DNA from: Lama guanicoe
Lineage: Eukaryota
Assembly: GCA_013239625.1 (NCBI GenBank)
Contig: MU054187.1
Span: forward strand, 6,831,757 to 6,895,756
Direction of reading: 5' to 3'
Length of the DNA stretch: 64,000 bases
Within the stretch, counting starts at the first letter, position 1, and each line of letters begins with the position of its first letter. The translations under genes and the position numbers were made by a program. The notes beneath the pieces were generated by a model. That model saw nothing but the letters and a program-made list of their open reading frames with translations. It had not been told where the DNA came from and did no database searches. This document shows positions 1 to 12,495 of this stretch, piece after piece.

Positions 1-191
1 TACTCATTACCGCTACTCTAGTGGGGACAGAGTTTACCTAGAGCTCACAGTAAAGGTGAGGATATGGATAAATTAATCATGCTTCACACTGTGTGCAGAG
101 AAAGGCTGAGGGCTACGGGGTCAGTATGTGCGTGATTGGGAACACCCTGGGAGAGGATGGATAGCTCTGCAGTCTTCTAGGTTATCAGAGA

Positions 192-817
192 CAGTAGAGT
201 CTCTCCTCATGATTTTCAGATTCCTTTTTTTGTGAATTTATCTACTTTCTAACTTTATTTGTAACTCCAGTATCAGTACTTGTGGTGATTTTGTGGTCAT
301 AAGTGGACATGTACAGAGAGGGGCAAAAATTTTGAATCACCCAACATGCATGTGCAGTGAACAAGTGTCCTTTGTGCACTCTATTTAGTGAGACTTTTTA
401 AAAAACATTTTTGTGATTTCTTTGTTGGTGATTTTTCTGCTCAAAATGGCCCCCAAGCATTCTGCTATGGGTTGTTTAGAATTCCTAAATATAAGAAGGT
501 TATGATATGCTTTACAGAGAAAATATGTGTATTGGATAATACACATAATTGGATTGCTTAGTTTAGGCAGAGTTATACTGCTCTTGGCCATGAATTCAAT
601 GTTAATTAATCAACAAAACATATTACATAAAATGTCTTTAAACAGAAGCTCGCATAAAACAAGATTATGTATTGATCTATTGATGAAAATGTTACACCAG
701 AATCTCACAGGAACCTAAGCCTGCATTTCCGTTAGGAACACTGGTTCAGCATTCACTAATTTGGTGTTTGTGGTGAATTTATAGAGCATAACTACTGAGA
801 ATGATGAGAATTGAATA
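192..817 (+). mobile_element. MER82-like non-autonomous Tc1/mariner (Tigger) DNA transposon, near full length
   Basis: Characteristic internal motifs (TTTGTAACTCCAGTATCAGTACT, AAAATGGCCCCCAAGCATT, GGAACCTAAGCCTGCATTTCC). Decayed termini CAGTAG...CCTCATGATT and GAATGATGAGAATTGAATA. Homologous to the copy at 62975-63478. Confidence 0.75.
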
Positions 818-1518
818 TATTTATCAACATAAGAGAAATTTACATTATTTTCTTTGTGCCTGTCAAAATTTTTTTAACTTGTTCCTCCTGCGTATATTTT
901 CTCTTTCCCCATCTTCTCTACACAGCAGATTCTGCTCCAAGGTTCTATAAAATAAAGAGTGTACACACATTTAAATTTATAGAAGCTGATCCAATACACT
1001 GCCTTTTTATTTGTATAAATATACAACATTCATGTTTTTCTCCAAACTGTAATAAATACAATCCTTTTCTTAAGAAATTTAACATAATGAAAATGATTTT
1101 ATACTCTTAAAATATTTTAAAGTAAATTTAAATATTTTAAAGTCTGATTGTCTCACACTAGCTAGAGAACCCCAGATTCACTAATGCTGTAAAGACTAAT
1201 CCAGTTACTGTCGGAGATTTTAAAACTCTCTGAGATTAGAAACAACATCATTGTCCTAATGGGGCTTAGAAATCTAAAAAAGGTGAAGAGTTTATTCCCT
1301 CAATAATTAATACAAATAAACAAATGACTTTAGAATAATGTAAGCCATGTGTTTTTATGGATCACAAATGAAGGTGAAATTAAAATTTCTCTATTTTTGT
1401 TGCCATTTTTCAATTGAAAAGAAGGGAATTTAGGGGCATATATAAGAATATCTTTTTTTTTTTAAAGACCAAGTTCTGATAGAAAGTGGCAAAACAGGAG
1501 AAAGAATATAAGAAAAGA

Positions 1519-1862
1519 GAATCTGACTAAAAAACGGGCAGAGGATCTAAATAGACATTTTTTCAGGGAAGACATACAGATGGACAACAGACCCATAAAA
1601 AGGTGCTCAACATCACTAATCATAAGGGAAATGAAAAATTAAAACCACACTGAGGTGCCAGCTCACCCAGTCAGAATGCTATTGTCAGCAACACAACAAA
1701 TAGTGTTGACAAGGATGTGAAGGAAAGGGAACCTTCATGTACTGCTAATGCAAATGTGAATCGATGTAGTCACTATGGAAAACAGTATGGAGGTTCCTCA
1801 AAAAATTAAAAATAGAACTACCATGTGATCTAACAATTCCACTTCTGGGTGTTTATCCATAA
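1519..1862 (+). mobile_element. L1 (LINE-1) ORF2 3'-region fragment
   Basis: Canonical L1 motifs: GGGCAGAGGATCTAAATAGACATTT, GCTCAACATCACTAATCAT, CACTATGGAAAACAGTATGGAGGTTCCTCAAAAAATTAAAAATAGAACTACC. Confidence 0.9.
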
Positions 1863-2525
1863 CTCATTCTGGATATTTCACATAGGCACTCAGTGGAGAA
1901 CTATGGAAAAAAGGTTGCAAGTCAGTACATATTTCCCTTGTATGGCTCCAGTGATTCTAAACTGTTACACTAGCCCACTCTTGGTGACTCTGTTAGCACT
2001 GTGGCTGATTGCTTAGTATCCATCTATTTTGGTAGCTACCTCTTCTTTCTATGTTCTGCAAAGGTGGGAGGGTTCATTATTCTGCGTCTCCTTAGATGGG
2101 TTGTCACTATTTGGAATTTATCTCACTTCACTGCATTGCAACTTCAGGTCTCTGATGAGCTCAAGAAAATTTATGATTTTATTCCACTTCAGATCATCAT
2201 TGAGTGCTCAGGGGCCATTTTAAGTAACATTCATGAGAATTCTTCAGATATTTTCAAACAGAATCAAACATTAGAATGGTCAGTGAATACTGATTTGTAT
2301 TTCTCCTCATGATCAGAGCACCAGCCTCTGAGTTCTTCTTGACCACGTAGAGCCTGTCTGACAAGGAATGAGTGAGCAGCATGGCAAGAAAGCCCTGACA
2401 GCCCACTGAAGCCGTCGTAAGTTGAAACTTCATTTTTACTCAGTGGGAAAGATACTCTTCTTTGACCAAATATTCTTTTAATTTAATTGGAAATCTGCTT
2501 TTGGGAAACTCCTGATAGAGAAACA

Positions 2526-2679
2526 TGTATGTGTGTGTGTGTGTATGTGTATATATGTATGTATATGCATATATACATATATACACATAAGAACACATAC
2601 ACTTAAGATATAATATATATGTGTATATATATTGTATGTGTGTATATGTGTGTGTATATACACACACACACACACACAG
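2526..2679. repeat. Compound (TG)n/(TA)n/(CA)n microsatellite
   Basis: Directly visible alternating purine-pyrimidine tract. Confidence 0.95.
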
Positions 2680-3766
2680 TGTGCTAGAGAAATGAGGGTA
2701 GCTTAATCCTTTAATAGCTGATCGGAAGGTAGAAATGAAACTTTTATAATGGAGACCTCTCTAGGGACAAGAATGAAACACCATGCTACAAATGTTTGGA
2801 AATCCGTCCATCCAGGCAGCTCAGATAAAGTATAGATCACTAAGGACACTAGCAGGTCATTCAAAATGTATTTGATTATAGCAAGTGCTGGTGCCAATTT
2901 TGGGCACAGCTGTAACTTACTAGCAATCTCACCCTGTCTTCCTTCTTCAAATGAGTCCCTCAATCCAAACCTTTAGACTTTAGACACCAGTGATGACAAA
3001 AGGGTATATTCTGTGATGTAGGTTCAGCTGCTCCAGGCCTCTACAAACCCACTTCCTCCCTGGCATCACACACCAGATAATAGAATATTCATTGTTCATC
3101 TAAAACCATATGCAGCATTGGCACAAATCCTATCCTTCAATATTTACAGCTGTGCTGGCTCCTATGATGCTCCTCTGCCAGAATCTGAGGGATGGAATGC
3201 TACATGTACAGCAAGTCCTAAATATCTGAAATTGTGTTTTCCTCTTGTACTGTTTTCCACCATGCTTAAAATTCCACCTAAGTGAAAGGAAAATGACAAA
3301 TACAATTCAAGAGAATTCTGATTTCCAGTGGAGATTGATTGGGAATTATGTAATCAGATGAAAAACACAATTGGTGGTCTACACAGGCTTGTTGCTCAAA
3401 GACAAACCCAGCATGAATGTGTGAAAGCAGTTTACAGAGAGCCCACCCCAACACTGCTTCACTTGCTGCTCCTAAGTTCAGACATGAGATCAACTAAAAA
3501 ACTGACTTGGGTTTTTGGAGGCAGACAATGTTCTGTCAGCCTCTTCTAGCTCACCTCCATTCAGATTAGAATGGTCAGAAAAACCTGAGACTGAGAGTGG
3601 ACAGAGAGGATTCTCTTAAATTTTCATTTGTGAGTTATAAGGTCTCACAGCTAATACATAAATGGCAGAGGTATGGCCAAGACAAGTCCTGGAAGCAATG
3701 TATATTGGGGAATGTATTTTTTCACACACTACTCAAAATGTCAGCCAGCCAGGCAGTGGGTTTATA

Positions 3767-3925
3767 GAGAGGTCAGCAAAATATGGCTCATAAGCCAAAT
3801 CCAATTCACTCTGTTTTTGTAAATACCGTTTTCTTTGAGCACAGCTATGCCCTTTAATTTATATATTGTCTATTGCTGCTTCGAGCTATAATGCAGAGTT
3901 GAGTACTTGCAACAGAGACTGATGT
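3767..3925 (+). mobile_element. MER58A-like hAT-Charlie DNA transposon fragment
   Basis: GGTCAGCAAA..GCCAAATCC..CTGTTTTTGTAAATA..TATATATTGTCTATTGCTGCTT..GCAGAGTTGAGTACTTGCAACAGAGAC resembles the MER58 consensus. Confidence 0.75.
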
Positions 3926-4369
3926 GTTTACAAATAAAACAGTACAAAATGGTTTCTAGTTAAAGATAATGATTGAACACACTGCTTTATCTGAAATCCT
4001 GCCTGAAACGCCACTAAAACAATGCTATTTTAGGGATTTCTAAAGGCACAAATCCACCAAGGTGAAGAAAATATAGGTGACGATGGCAACCACATTTTGT
4101 AGAGTGGAAAGCAGAAAGACAAACAGGAGCTGATGTCACAGAGCCGGGAAACCAGAATCGAAGCAGTGAGAGGAGAAGGACAAGAGTCAGTAACCTGATT
4201 TGCATCACAGAGCCTCAGAAGCGGAGTTCCCAGGTGTCTCTGGGAGAGGTGGGCTCTGGCGGTGCACCAGGATGGATGTAAAGAATATCGGGAAAACTTC
4301 TGACGTTACCAAGCACTGTCAGTGATTGGAAGCCAAGGGGCAGAGGAATATATACATACTGCTCTCGGG

Positions 4370-4850
4370 AGGGTACAGTGATACAACTACTTTGGACCAC
4401 AGTCGGTCAACAGCAAGTAAAGGTGAAGATGCATATACTTTAAGATCCAGAAATTCCATTGCTAAGTATATAACCAAGAAGAACTGTGAAACAGAGACAC
4501 TGAAGGCATGAACAGGAGTATTTACAGCAGTGCTGTTTGTAAACAACAAAATGTGAATATAACTGAAATGCCTGTCACGAGGAAATTGGATAAATACATG
4601 GGATATTATGGAAGAGAATATGAATTAGCTAGAGTTACACATACAGATTATTCTAAAAAGTAACGTTGATTAAAGAATTCCGTGTTTGACCCATGCGCAG
4701 ATACTTTACATTGCTTATGCATACACACAGTGAAAGTAGGACGCTGAACCACATGATTTGCCAGTTTGTACGTAAAAATGGCTACTTACTAGAAATTTTA
4801 TAAATTGTTTCTACTGGAGAGCAGAAATTAGGCGCTGATGTGGGCAGGGG
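4370..4850 (+). mobile_element. Old L1M (L1ME-like) 3' fragment
   Basis: GATACAACTACTTTGG, CCAGAAATTCCATTGCTAAGTATATAACCAAGAAG and AATTGGATAAATACATGGGATATT are decayed L1 3' motifs. Confidence 0.7.
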
Positions 4851-5351
4851 ACTGCTGTGTGTCATAAGCATAGTTAAAGGGGTTAATTTCTAAGGCAATG
4901 ATATCTTTGATGATTTTAAGAATGAATTAAATACTATAAACCTCTCACAATGTATTATTGCCTCCTACAAAGTAAAGCTGACTCTACTCATAAACAGAAA
5001 ATGAAGCAATTCATAGATCTTTGTCTTTATTTTGAATGTGGCTGATTGACTAATATAAGAATGTGTCCTCTTGAGAGAACTCAAAAGACAGTTTGCCCAG
5101 ACAGTTCCCTGTGACTCAGTCAGAAGTCACTCTGAGTTTTTTTTTTTCTCATCTGTGCAGCATGTGTCTCAGATCCTGGTGATTCTTAGTGAGATTCTAT
5201 GGCAGATGGCCAATTTCATATTGCAGGGGACCTGAAATAAATCACTACCCTCATTTCTGCCAGTTTAGTGTGACCTTACAGATCTTAAAGGTGTATCTAT
5301 TTCAATGCTTCTTTGATTCCAAATCAGGTATCTAATATATATATGTATATA

Positions 5352-5630
5352 TTTTTAACATTTTTTATTGATATATAATCATTTTACAATGTTGTGTCAA
5401 ATTCCAGTGTTCAGCACAATTTTTCAGTCATTCATGGACATATACACTCATTGTCACATTTTTTTCTCTGTGATTTATCATAACATTTTGTGTATATTTC
5501 CCTGTACTATACAGTGTAATCTTGTTTATCTATTCTACAATTTTGAAATCCCAGTCTATCCCTTCCCACCCTCCACCCTTCTGGTAACCACAAGTCTGTA
5601 TTCTCTGTCCATGAGTCTATTTCTGTTTTA
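5352..5630 (-). mobile_element. Young lineage-specific (camelid-type) L1 3' end, 5'-truncated
   Basis: The reverse complement ends ...CACTGGAATTTGACACAACATTGTAAAATGATTATATATCAATAAAAAATGTTAAAAA, nearly the same as the + copy at 36355-36480. A 22-bp TSD (5334-5355 / 5644-5665) has 1 mismatch. Confidence 0.85.
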
Positions 5631-5911
5631 TATATATATATAAAATATATATATATATATATTTTATAGTTCCTATAAATTTACCCATGATGATTTAGTT
5701 ATTCAAGTAAGTAATTCATCCTCATAATGTCATTTGTCATGCGGTGTTGTGTTGCTAATTTTCCTTCCTACGTGAAAGAAATTGATCAGTTTCAGGAGAG
5801 TTCAAAAACTATCGTGAGAATGACACACATTTAATGTCACAGACAGTGGAATTAGTGTGTAGAGTGCATCAGATTTAAAAAACAGGAGAACTGGAAGCCA
5901 CACCAATCTTG

Positions 5912-6060
5912 ATCATTCCTTTAATAAATATCTATTAAATGCCTCCTCTTTCCCTGGCACTGATTTAGATGCTAGGGGAGGAAGATAATATCTCCATTTT
6001 AATGGGAGTTATAGTCAGTGTGTAGTGTGTCAGATGGAATAAAGTGTAATATGGGGGAAA
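5912..6060 (-). mobile_element. L2 3'-end fragment
   Basis: TCATTCCTTTAATAAATATCTATTAAATGCCTCC..CCTGGCACTG..GATGCTAGGG, the reverse-strand L2 tail pattern. Confidence 0.6.
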
Positions 6061-7373
6061 GAGATGCTATTTTTTATATTCCATTGACTCCTTGAATGCA
6101 TTTGAATATGTTCTTTTTTCTCTCCTTTTTTTTTCTTCCTATTCTTGGTTCAAATTCTAAGAACTGGAAAATGTAGGATTTCACTAGATAATAAGGTATT
6201 ATAAAGAGTTTTTATAGAAAAATATTAATGACAAAGAATAGAGAAATCATCATTAAGTTTAACTGAGTGGCCGAGGTTGAAATCATACTCAATGTTACAA
6301 GTTATTTGAAATTAGTCTGTAGTAGAGAAACCGTCTTACAACACCACAATGCAGAAATCCGACAGGAATCAGTTTTGTGGCTGAAATGAGTGTGAACTTC
6401 ATGGCAGTAACATTCATTCTGAAACTGCTTGGTTTTGAACATCTCTTCTCGATCTATTTTGGGGAAAACAAAATAAGAAGAGAAAAAGAAACATACACAA
6501 CCTATCCTGCAGCCAGGAAAATTATTACAAAGTATGTGTTTAGCAGTCAAGTCAGAAATATTATTTTCTGAAGCCCCTCAGGCTGGTTTCCTTCCCCTTT
6601 TCCCTGTGTGCAAACTCCTGCTGTCTCTCCGGGGAAGCAGCTCCTGGCAGACACTGGACTCTGGGGAGGCTGGGCTGTCATCATGGTTGCCATCACTATG
6701 AGGTGTGGCACAAAGACCACATGGATCTGCCCTTGAACTGGGCTTCTATGAGGTCATGTCAAGAAGTGAAGGACATTCACTCTCCTCCATAAGATTCTGG
6801 AAAGTCCAGTGCTGAGCAGAGTGCTTTTAATAAAGCAGTCAGATCAAAGTGTCTCAGGAAAAGTAAGTCAGCTTTAAAAGTCACCAGCTTTACTTGTGCT
6901 TGATGAAGCCTTTGTGTTGTTTCCACCAAAACACAGGATTCGTGAAGAATTTATAACAGCCTCTGTGGAATTGCACTTAAAGTTCAAAGGAATTGCTGAC
7001 TGAGGGCTGTTGTAGTAAAGGTATAAATGTAAAAAGATCCTGCAGGATCAGTGCTGCATGCAGAGACCTTCGAGGGAAATGTGTGTTAGCCATGCAGTAG
7101 TGTTTGTGTTTCAGTTTGGACTTTTAATTTTATGCTTAAACACTGCTCATTTGGTCTTACTGTGAACTGAAGAGAAGGGCTGAATGGAGTCAAAATAATA
7201 TTAACTGAGCTGCATGGTAATTGTCCTAATAGTTCTCCAAAATGCACCACCTCTGTTATTGCTAGGTTTATGAATAGTACATTGCATACATGTGAGCCTT
7301 CCTTGTAGAAGGAGAATACCTTTTAGAAAACAATGGGCTTAAATAAAAACCTGTGTATCCTTTGCCAGCTAGG

Positions 7374-7586
7374 TGACCATAAAAATACTTAACACATTTT
7401 CTAAAATAGAAATCATACAAAATGTGTTTCAGGCCACAGTGGAATTAAACTAGAAATTGATAACAGAAAGATAGCTATACTGGCCCCAAATATTTGGAAA
7501 TTAAGCAACATACCTAAAACACATGGGTCAAAGAAGTCTCAAGAAATTTTAAAATATTTTGAGCAAAATAAAAATGAAAATACAAC
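7374..7586 (+). mobile_element. L1M ORF2 (endonuclease-proximal) fragment
   Basis: AGAAATCATACAAAATGTG..GGCCACAGTGGAATTAAACTAGAAAT..AAATATTTGGAAATTAAGCAACATAC..ATGGGTCAAAGAAG. Confidence 0.8.
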
Positions 7587-7702
7587 TTGCTGTAAAAAAA
7601 AGAACATGAAAAATAATATTTATACATATTTATATATGGATCACTATGCTATACACCAGAAATTAGCAAAATATTCTAAATAAACCATACTTCAATAAAA
7701 CC
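7587..7702 (+). mobile_element. Short artiodactyl-type L1 3' end nested in the older L1
   Basis: ATCACTATGCTATACACCAGAAATTAGC...CATACTTCAATAAAA, flanked by TSD-like AAAATGAAAATACA (7571-7584) and AAAATGAAAACACA (7703-7716). Confidence 0.65.
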
Positions 7703-7719
7703 AAAATGAAAACACACAA

Positions 7720-8400
7720 AAAATATTGAAGTTAGTTTTGATATCAAGTAATTTGTGGAACAGCTTGATGGAAGCTTCTTTTTAAAGCTTTTTAGGGTGG
7801 GTCTGGACTAGGTTTGCTGTGGTATAAATCAATCTTATTGCTGAGATATAATTTTCCTGATTTCTCCACTGAGTACCCTGATTGTTCACTGAGACATTTC
7901 TTCTATGGCATGTTGTAACCTGAACATCTTTTATCTCTGGGTGATCTCTAGGAATTGTTCATTTTATAATTAAGAGTATCTCTTTTCCTGGCTTCAGGGT
8001 TATCTATGCTGTACACGAACAAATAAACGTTCAGAAACAAATCCAAGTGGCACTCCACGCAGATTTCTAGAGCTCTTTCTCTGCACATCTCCCTCCTCTC
8101 CAATATGCTGTCTCTAAAATTTCGGCTGCTAGGACCTCATCAGAATGCAACTTCTGCCTCCTCAATTCAGCAGAATCTCCATGGTCTGCTCTTATAAGCT
8201 GATTTTGTAAGTGCGTCCATGAAAAACCTCAGGGCAATTTATAAGCGTCTTTGTTCATTTTAATTTTCTCAGGGATCACAGCCCTACACTGCCTGTTGTC
8301 CAATGTGTAAAGTCAGCTGTTTGATATATTGTGCCCAATTGTTTCCCCAGTTGTTTATGCCAGGAGGCAGAATCTGATACTAGTTACTCCAGTGTGGCGT
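7720..8400 (-). mobile_element. Old L1M 5'-region fragment
   Basis: GCAGATTTCTAGAGCTCTTTCTCTG, TCTCAGGGATCACAGCCCTACACTGCCTGTTGTCCAATGTG and GTTACTCCAGTGTGGC resemble antisense L1M 5' sequence. Confidence 0.55.
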
Positions 8401-10149
8401 ACTGTGATTTTACAGCTTCTCTGGCTTATTCTCAGGATTACAATCAGAAAAGCAGTCTCCTGAGTCTTCTGCGCCTTCTGACTAAATGCAGAAACTACAA
8501 TATTTGTGAAACTCTTGCTAATATAAAAGGTTCTATGGAATTAATTATAAATTAAGTATTATTCCACTTGGGTTTTACTCCTGCTGTAAGCGTGGTGAGT
8601 GGTCTCTTGCATATCTCTGAGTGAGAGAGATTTAATTTCCTGATTCAACCTGTACCAAGTCATCAAATGAGACTTAGGGCATAGAGTGGTGGTTAGGACT
8701 GAGCCCTGATCGAATATGAAAACTCTGTGGACGTAAGAGTGCTGAGGAAGTCTAAAACGTAGTGCAGTCTTCTGGATAGCAACGTTAAGGGACATAATAC
8801 TCGTTTCTTAGATTCAGTGCTGCATGCTCATATTGAGACATAATCTAATCTTTGTGATGATATAAACCTCATACTCAAGTCACATGGTCTAGGACAAGCA
8901 GGTAATTTTTAAGGTGCAGTACACTTCAGTTAAGCTATTCCCTGGTGAAAAGATCAGAGATAACATGACAAAATGTAACATGTGACATTATAAGGCACAA
9001 AAAAGCATGCTAATGCACCGTGTCTTTTCCAAGTTACTTTGGAGTATAAGCCCTAATTCACATCAGTGTCATGGAGAGTGTTTTGAGTGACAACCCTTCT
9101 TAATTAGTAGTTCATTAAAACAATTTTATAGTGATGGGTAATTAAAAAAAATACTCCCAAACTTCTTGTTTAAGGACTTCAAAATGAAGAGGGCCTTGGC
9201 TAAGTTCTTCCTCTACCAGGAAGGTAAGACTGAGTTGAAAAATTAAATAAAATATCTAAAAGGGATCTGTACCCAGCAGTTTGTAAAGATTTCAGACTTG
9301 CAGATAACCATAATAATGATCCTCTCTTCCCTGAACATCTTTGCAAGATCAGAGACCTTTTCTGTGTGTTCCTGTGAATTATTTTGGGCCATTTGGCCAT
9401 CTTCTAAAGAGGAATAATTTAAGGGGAAAATAGAGAAAAATTCTCAAACTAGAAGATGTGCCTTTAAAGGGAACTAGGTTAAGGTAACTGATTAGTTCCA
9501 AAATATTTTTATTGCTAATTTTTTCCTCCTGCATAAATCACCTATCATACATCAAGCAACATATGGTGAGTTAACAGTATTTTATTTATACTTTAATTGG
9601 ATATGTATAGTCTTTAGGACAAGTTAATTAATTTTTTATAAGCCTCTCTTTCATTTGTTCACAGAGGATCTCAAAAAGATAGTTAAGCATTCTCTAAGGC
9701 ACCTTCAGAGTCTTTATTACCATTGATTGCTAATAAGACAGCAGAAACTAACTCAGTATTTCTAGGTTAATAGAATATTTTTTGAGAATCTTTTTTTTGA
9801 GTACGATAAAATCGGTTACTATAGCAATAATGCTTTCAGATACAAGTTGGAATTAGAGTAAGCACAGAGATGCCATTTGTTTCAATTTGCAGTATTTGAA
9901 TCTATCGATTGGCTCATATAAATGAAATTGAGTGTTTCACTTACAAGTTTGAATACAATGCTGGTTACTGTAAGTTTTATGTGTCAATAGATCCAGCATA
10001 AATTAGTTCAGTCTGAGCTCCAGGCATAGAAAAGAATAGGATTGCCAAAGGGAAGAAAAAACTGTTATGTCAAATCAATTCACATGTTTTCTACACAAAT
10101 ACACACATCAGAGAGAAAGGTGCATTCCCACTCATCACCACTCTTTTCT

Positions 10150-10418
10150 ACAGCATGTCATGTCGTGGTGCAGAGTGGGCACTCTGGGTTGGACCAGCTT
10201 CATTTAAATCTCAGTTCCATCACTTAACTAATTGCAGAACATGCAAGTTATAATTTATTTAACTTCGTTGTGCCTCAGTTTTCCCATTTAGAAACTGGGT
10301 GTAACAGTAGGTATTTTGGAAGTTGGGGTTACGGTAGCTATGTTATAAGGTAATTGTAAACGTTAACTTATATAAGCATAAAGCACATTGTGAGCATTCA
10401 ATACGCATTAGCTATTAA
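10150..10418 (+). mobile_element. MIR SINE
   Basis: Contains AAATCTCAGTTCCATCACTTAACTA, the core TGTGCCTCAGTTTTCCCAT, and the tail GCATTCAATACGCATTAGCTATTA. Confidence 0.8.
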
Positions 10419-10679
10419 GTAGAGAAATTCTGCAGACTCATATCCACAGGCAGTTTCAGACAGAGGAAAAGTCACCCATGGAGAGAAACTCTTTTGGGAG
10501 CTCTTTCAGCTGATCCAGAAAACTAACTCTGCTTCAGAGTTTATGGGACAATGTTACCCAGACACCTTTACTTTTCTAAAGAGCAAAGCCTTGGGGTATC
10601 GGTTTCTTTTTTGGCACCAGTGTAGCACAACACATTTAAGCTTAATAAGTGACTGGTGTTTTGGAGGCACCAGGAAACA

Positions 10680-11200
10680 GATCCCTCCATACGCACTAAT
10701 GAATATAATTGGTACAGAAATTGTGGATAATGGTTTGGCAACATGTAATAATATCTTTGAAGATTTGCATACTATTTACCAGGAAATTACACTTTTAGAA
10801 ATAATCCTGATAAAACCATCAGTCAGATATGCAAATATGCGTGAAAAATACTAGAGCTTTATATGTATAAAGAAAGAAAACTATACAATGTTCAACACTA
10901 ATATGTAAATTTTCCAACAATAATTTTATTATGTAAATATTCTATAATAACAGTATTACATAATCAATACAATTATAGTATAGAAAAATATGTAATAACG
11001 TTTATGAAGTACTGTGGTATAGTCATATTTTACATTTGTTTCATATACATAAAGTAGACAAAAACTAAAGATTTATCCATCTTATCTAGATCATAAATTT
11101 CTACACACACATACATCTCAAAGGGGCCAGAGAGATCAAACACCACTGTTGACAATGGTTTTCAGTAAGTAGTGTTATTACGCTTAGCTGTATTCTCAAT
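10680..11200 (+). mobile_element. Highly decayed L1ME-like 3' fragment
   Basis: AATTGGTACA..TTTGGCAACATGT..CCAGGAAATTACACTTTTAGAAAT..CCTGA pattern. Confidence 0.5.
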
Positions 11201-12071
11201 GATCAATTTCTATGACTTTCATAAGGAAAACAATTAACACTTGGAATAGACTTTTGCATCCTTTCTTTTCGATAATGCTGTTTAAGTCAGGGTCCTAACA
11301 GTTTTTAAAAGGCTCATACTATTCATTCCTCAGTCCTTATTATGGGAATGGTCCAGGCTTTACCAGAGAGGGAATTTAATCTTTCAGCAGAATTTCTTTT
11401 GTATGAGTCCTTTATGGAATAGGGGTCAAGGATTTTGGGGGAGTTAGTCTTGGAAGAATAGTTACCTCTCCTTTTGTATATACTGACCTGGGTCCATAGA
11501 TGCCACGTGAGTTTCCAGCAAATTGACAGTGCCTCCCTGGGACCAGAGAGCTGGTAGAAAAGGTCCTGTTTGGAGGAAAGATGGATCTTGGCCACCTGGC
11601 TGGATTGGGTTATAACCTCTAACTCTCTGTGCTAAGTTTGCTAGCTGTACAGAAGAGCGGATGCCTGAATGTGCTGAGTGGATCATTTACCATGTCTAAA
11701 TGCTTGTGCCTACAGTCAAAAGTGAATTGTTTAAAAAAGTATAAACTAAAGAGAATATCAGCATTTTTTGTGGCATCAGAACAAAAGGAAAACTTCCTAT
11801 TCTAAAAAGTTTTGCGTCTGTAAAACTCTGCAAGTAAATTAAGACCCAGTGTAGTCATCTGATGAAGTGATAAAATTTGCCCTTTGATTTTTATATTATA
11901 GTCTCTAATCTGTGTTGGACAAAAAAGGTCACTGCACAAAATAACACCACAGCATATTTTTATTAAAGTCTTCACAGTAAATTATAGCAATTATAATATA
12001 AAAATACAAACGATGAACATAGTATTAACCGTCATTTATTGCCTATCTACTTGTGTCAGATGCTTTCTGTG

Positions 12072-12360
12072 ATATCCATTCATCCATCCTATACATGTAT
12101 ATTGAGCATATGTTGAGAGGATGCCACTAACAATACAAAAATAACCTCTGTTCTCATAACCAGACTAGCAAAGAGGAGAGACATTAAACACTAACTACCG
12201 TTTATCATCTTCCATTGTTGTCAAATCCATAAAAGATAAATTCAGGTGACATGGGAAGACTTTGCTGAAGGAGCAATATTAAAATTGTGAACTACAGGAT
12301 GTAGGTGCAGTCGTGATGAGGGACAGAGACAAACTCCAAGTCAAGAGTATGACATATGGA
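12072..12360 (-). mobile_element. L2 3' fragment
   Basis: ATCCATTCATCCATCC..TATTGAGCATATGTTG..GAGACATTAAAC pattern. Confidence 0.5.
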
Positions 12361-12361
12361 A

Positions 12362-12495
12362 AGTCAGGTATTAGCCCCATTTTACAGAGAAAAACAGCAA
12401 CTTGGGGATTTAAACACAACACTTAAGTCCCACAGCAGACAAATGAAAGAGCCAGAATTTAAACCTAGGTCTATCTGATATCAAAATCCTCCCTT
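12362..12495 (-). mobile_element. MIR fragment
   Basis: CCCCATTTTACAGAGA..AGAGCCAGAATTTAAACCTAGGTCTATCTGA. Confidence 0.75.

Noticed and set aside
2440..2675. ORFs rich in Y/T/H/I/C/V
   Set aside because: Translation of a dinucleotide microsatellite.
9203..9228. TTCTTCCTCTACCAG|GAAG|GTAAGA 4-nt micro-exon-like motif
   Set aside because: Too short to distinguish from chance without transcript data.
11323..11686. Two overlapping minus-strand ORFs in unique sequence with a possible donor at ~11466
   Set aside because: No recognisable domain, no convincing acceptor, and lengths within chance expectation.
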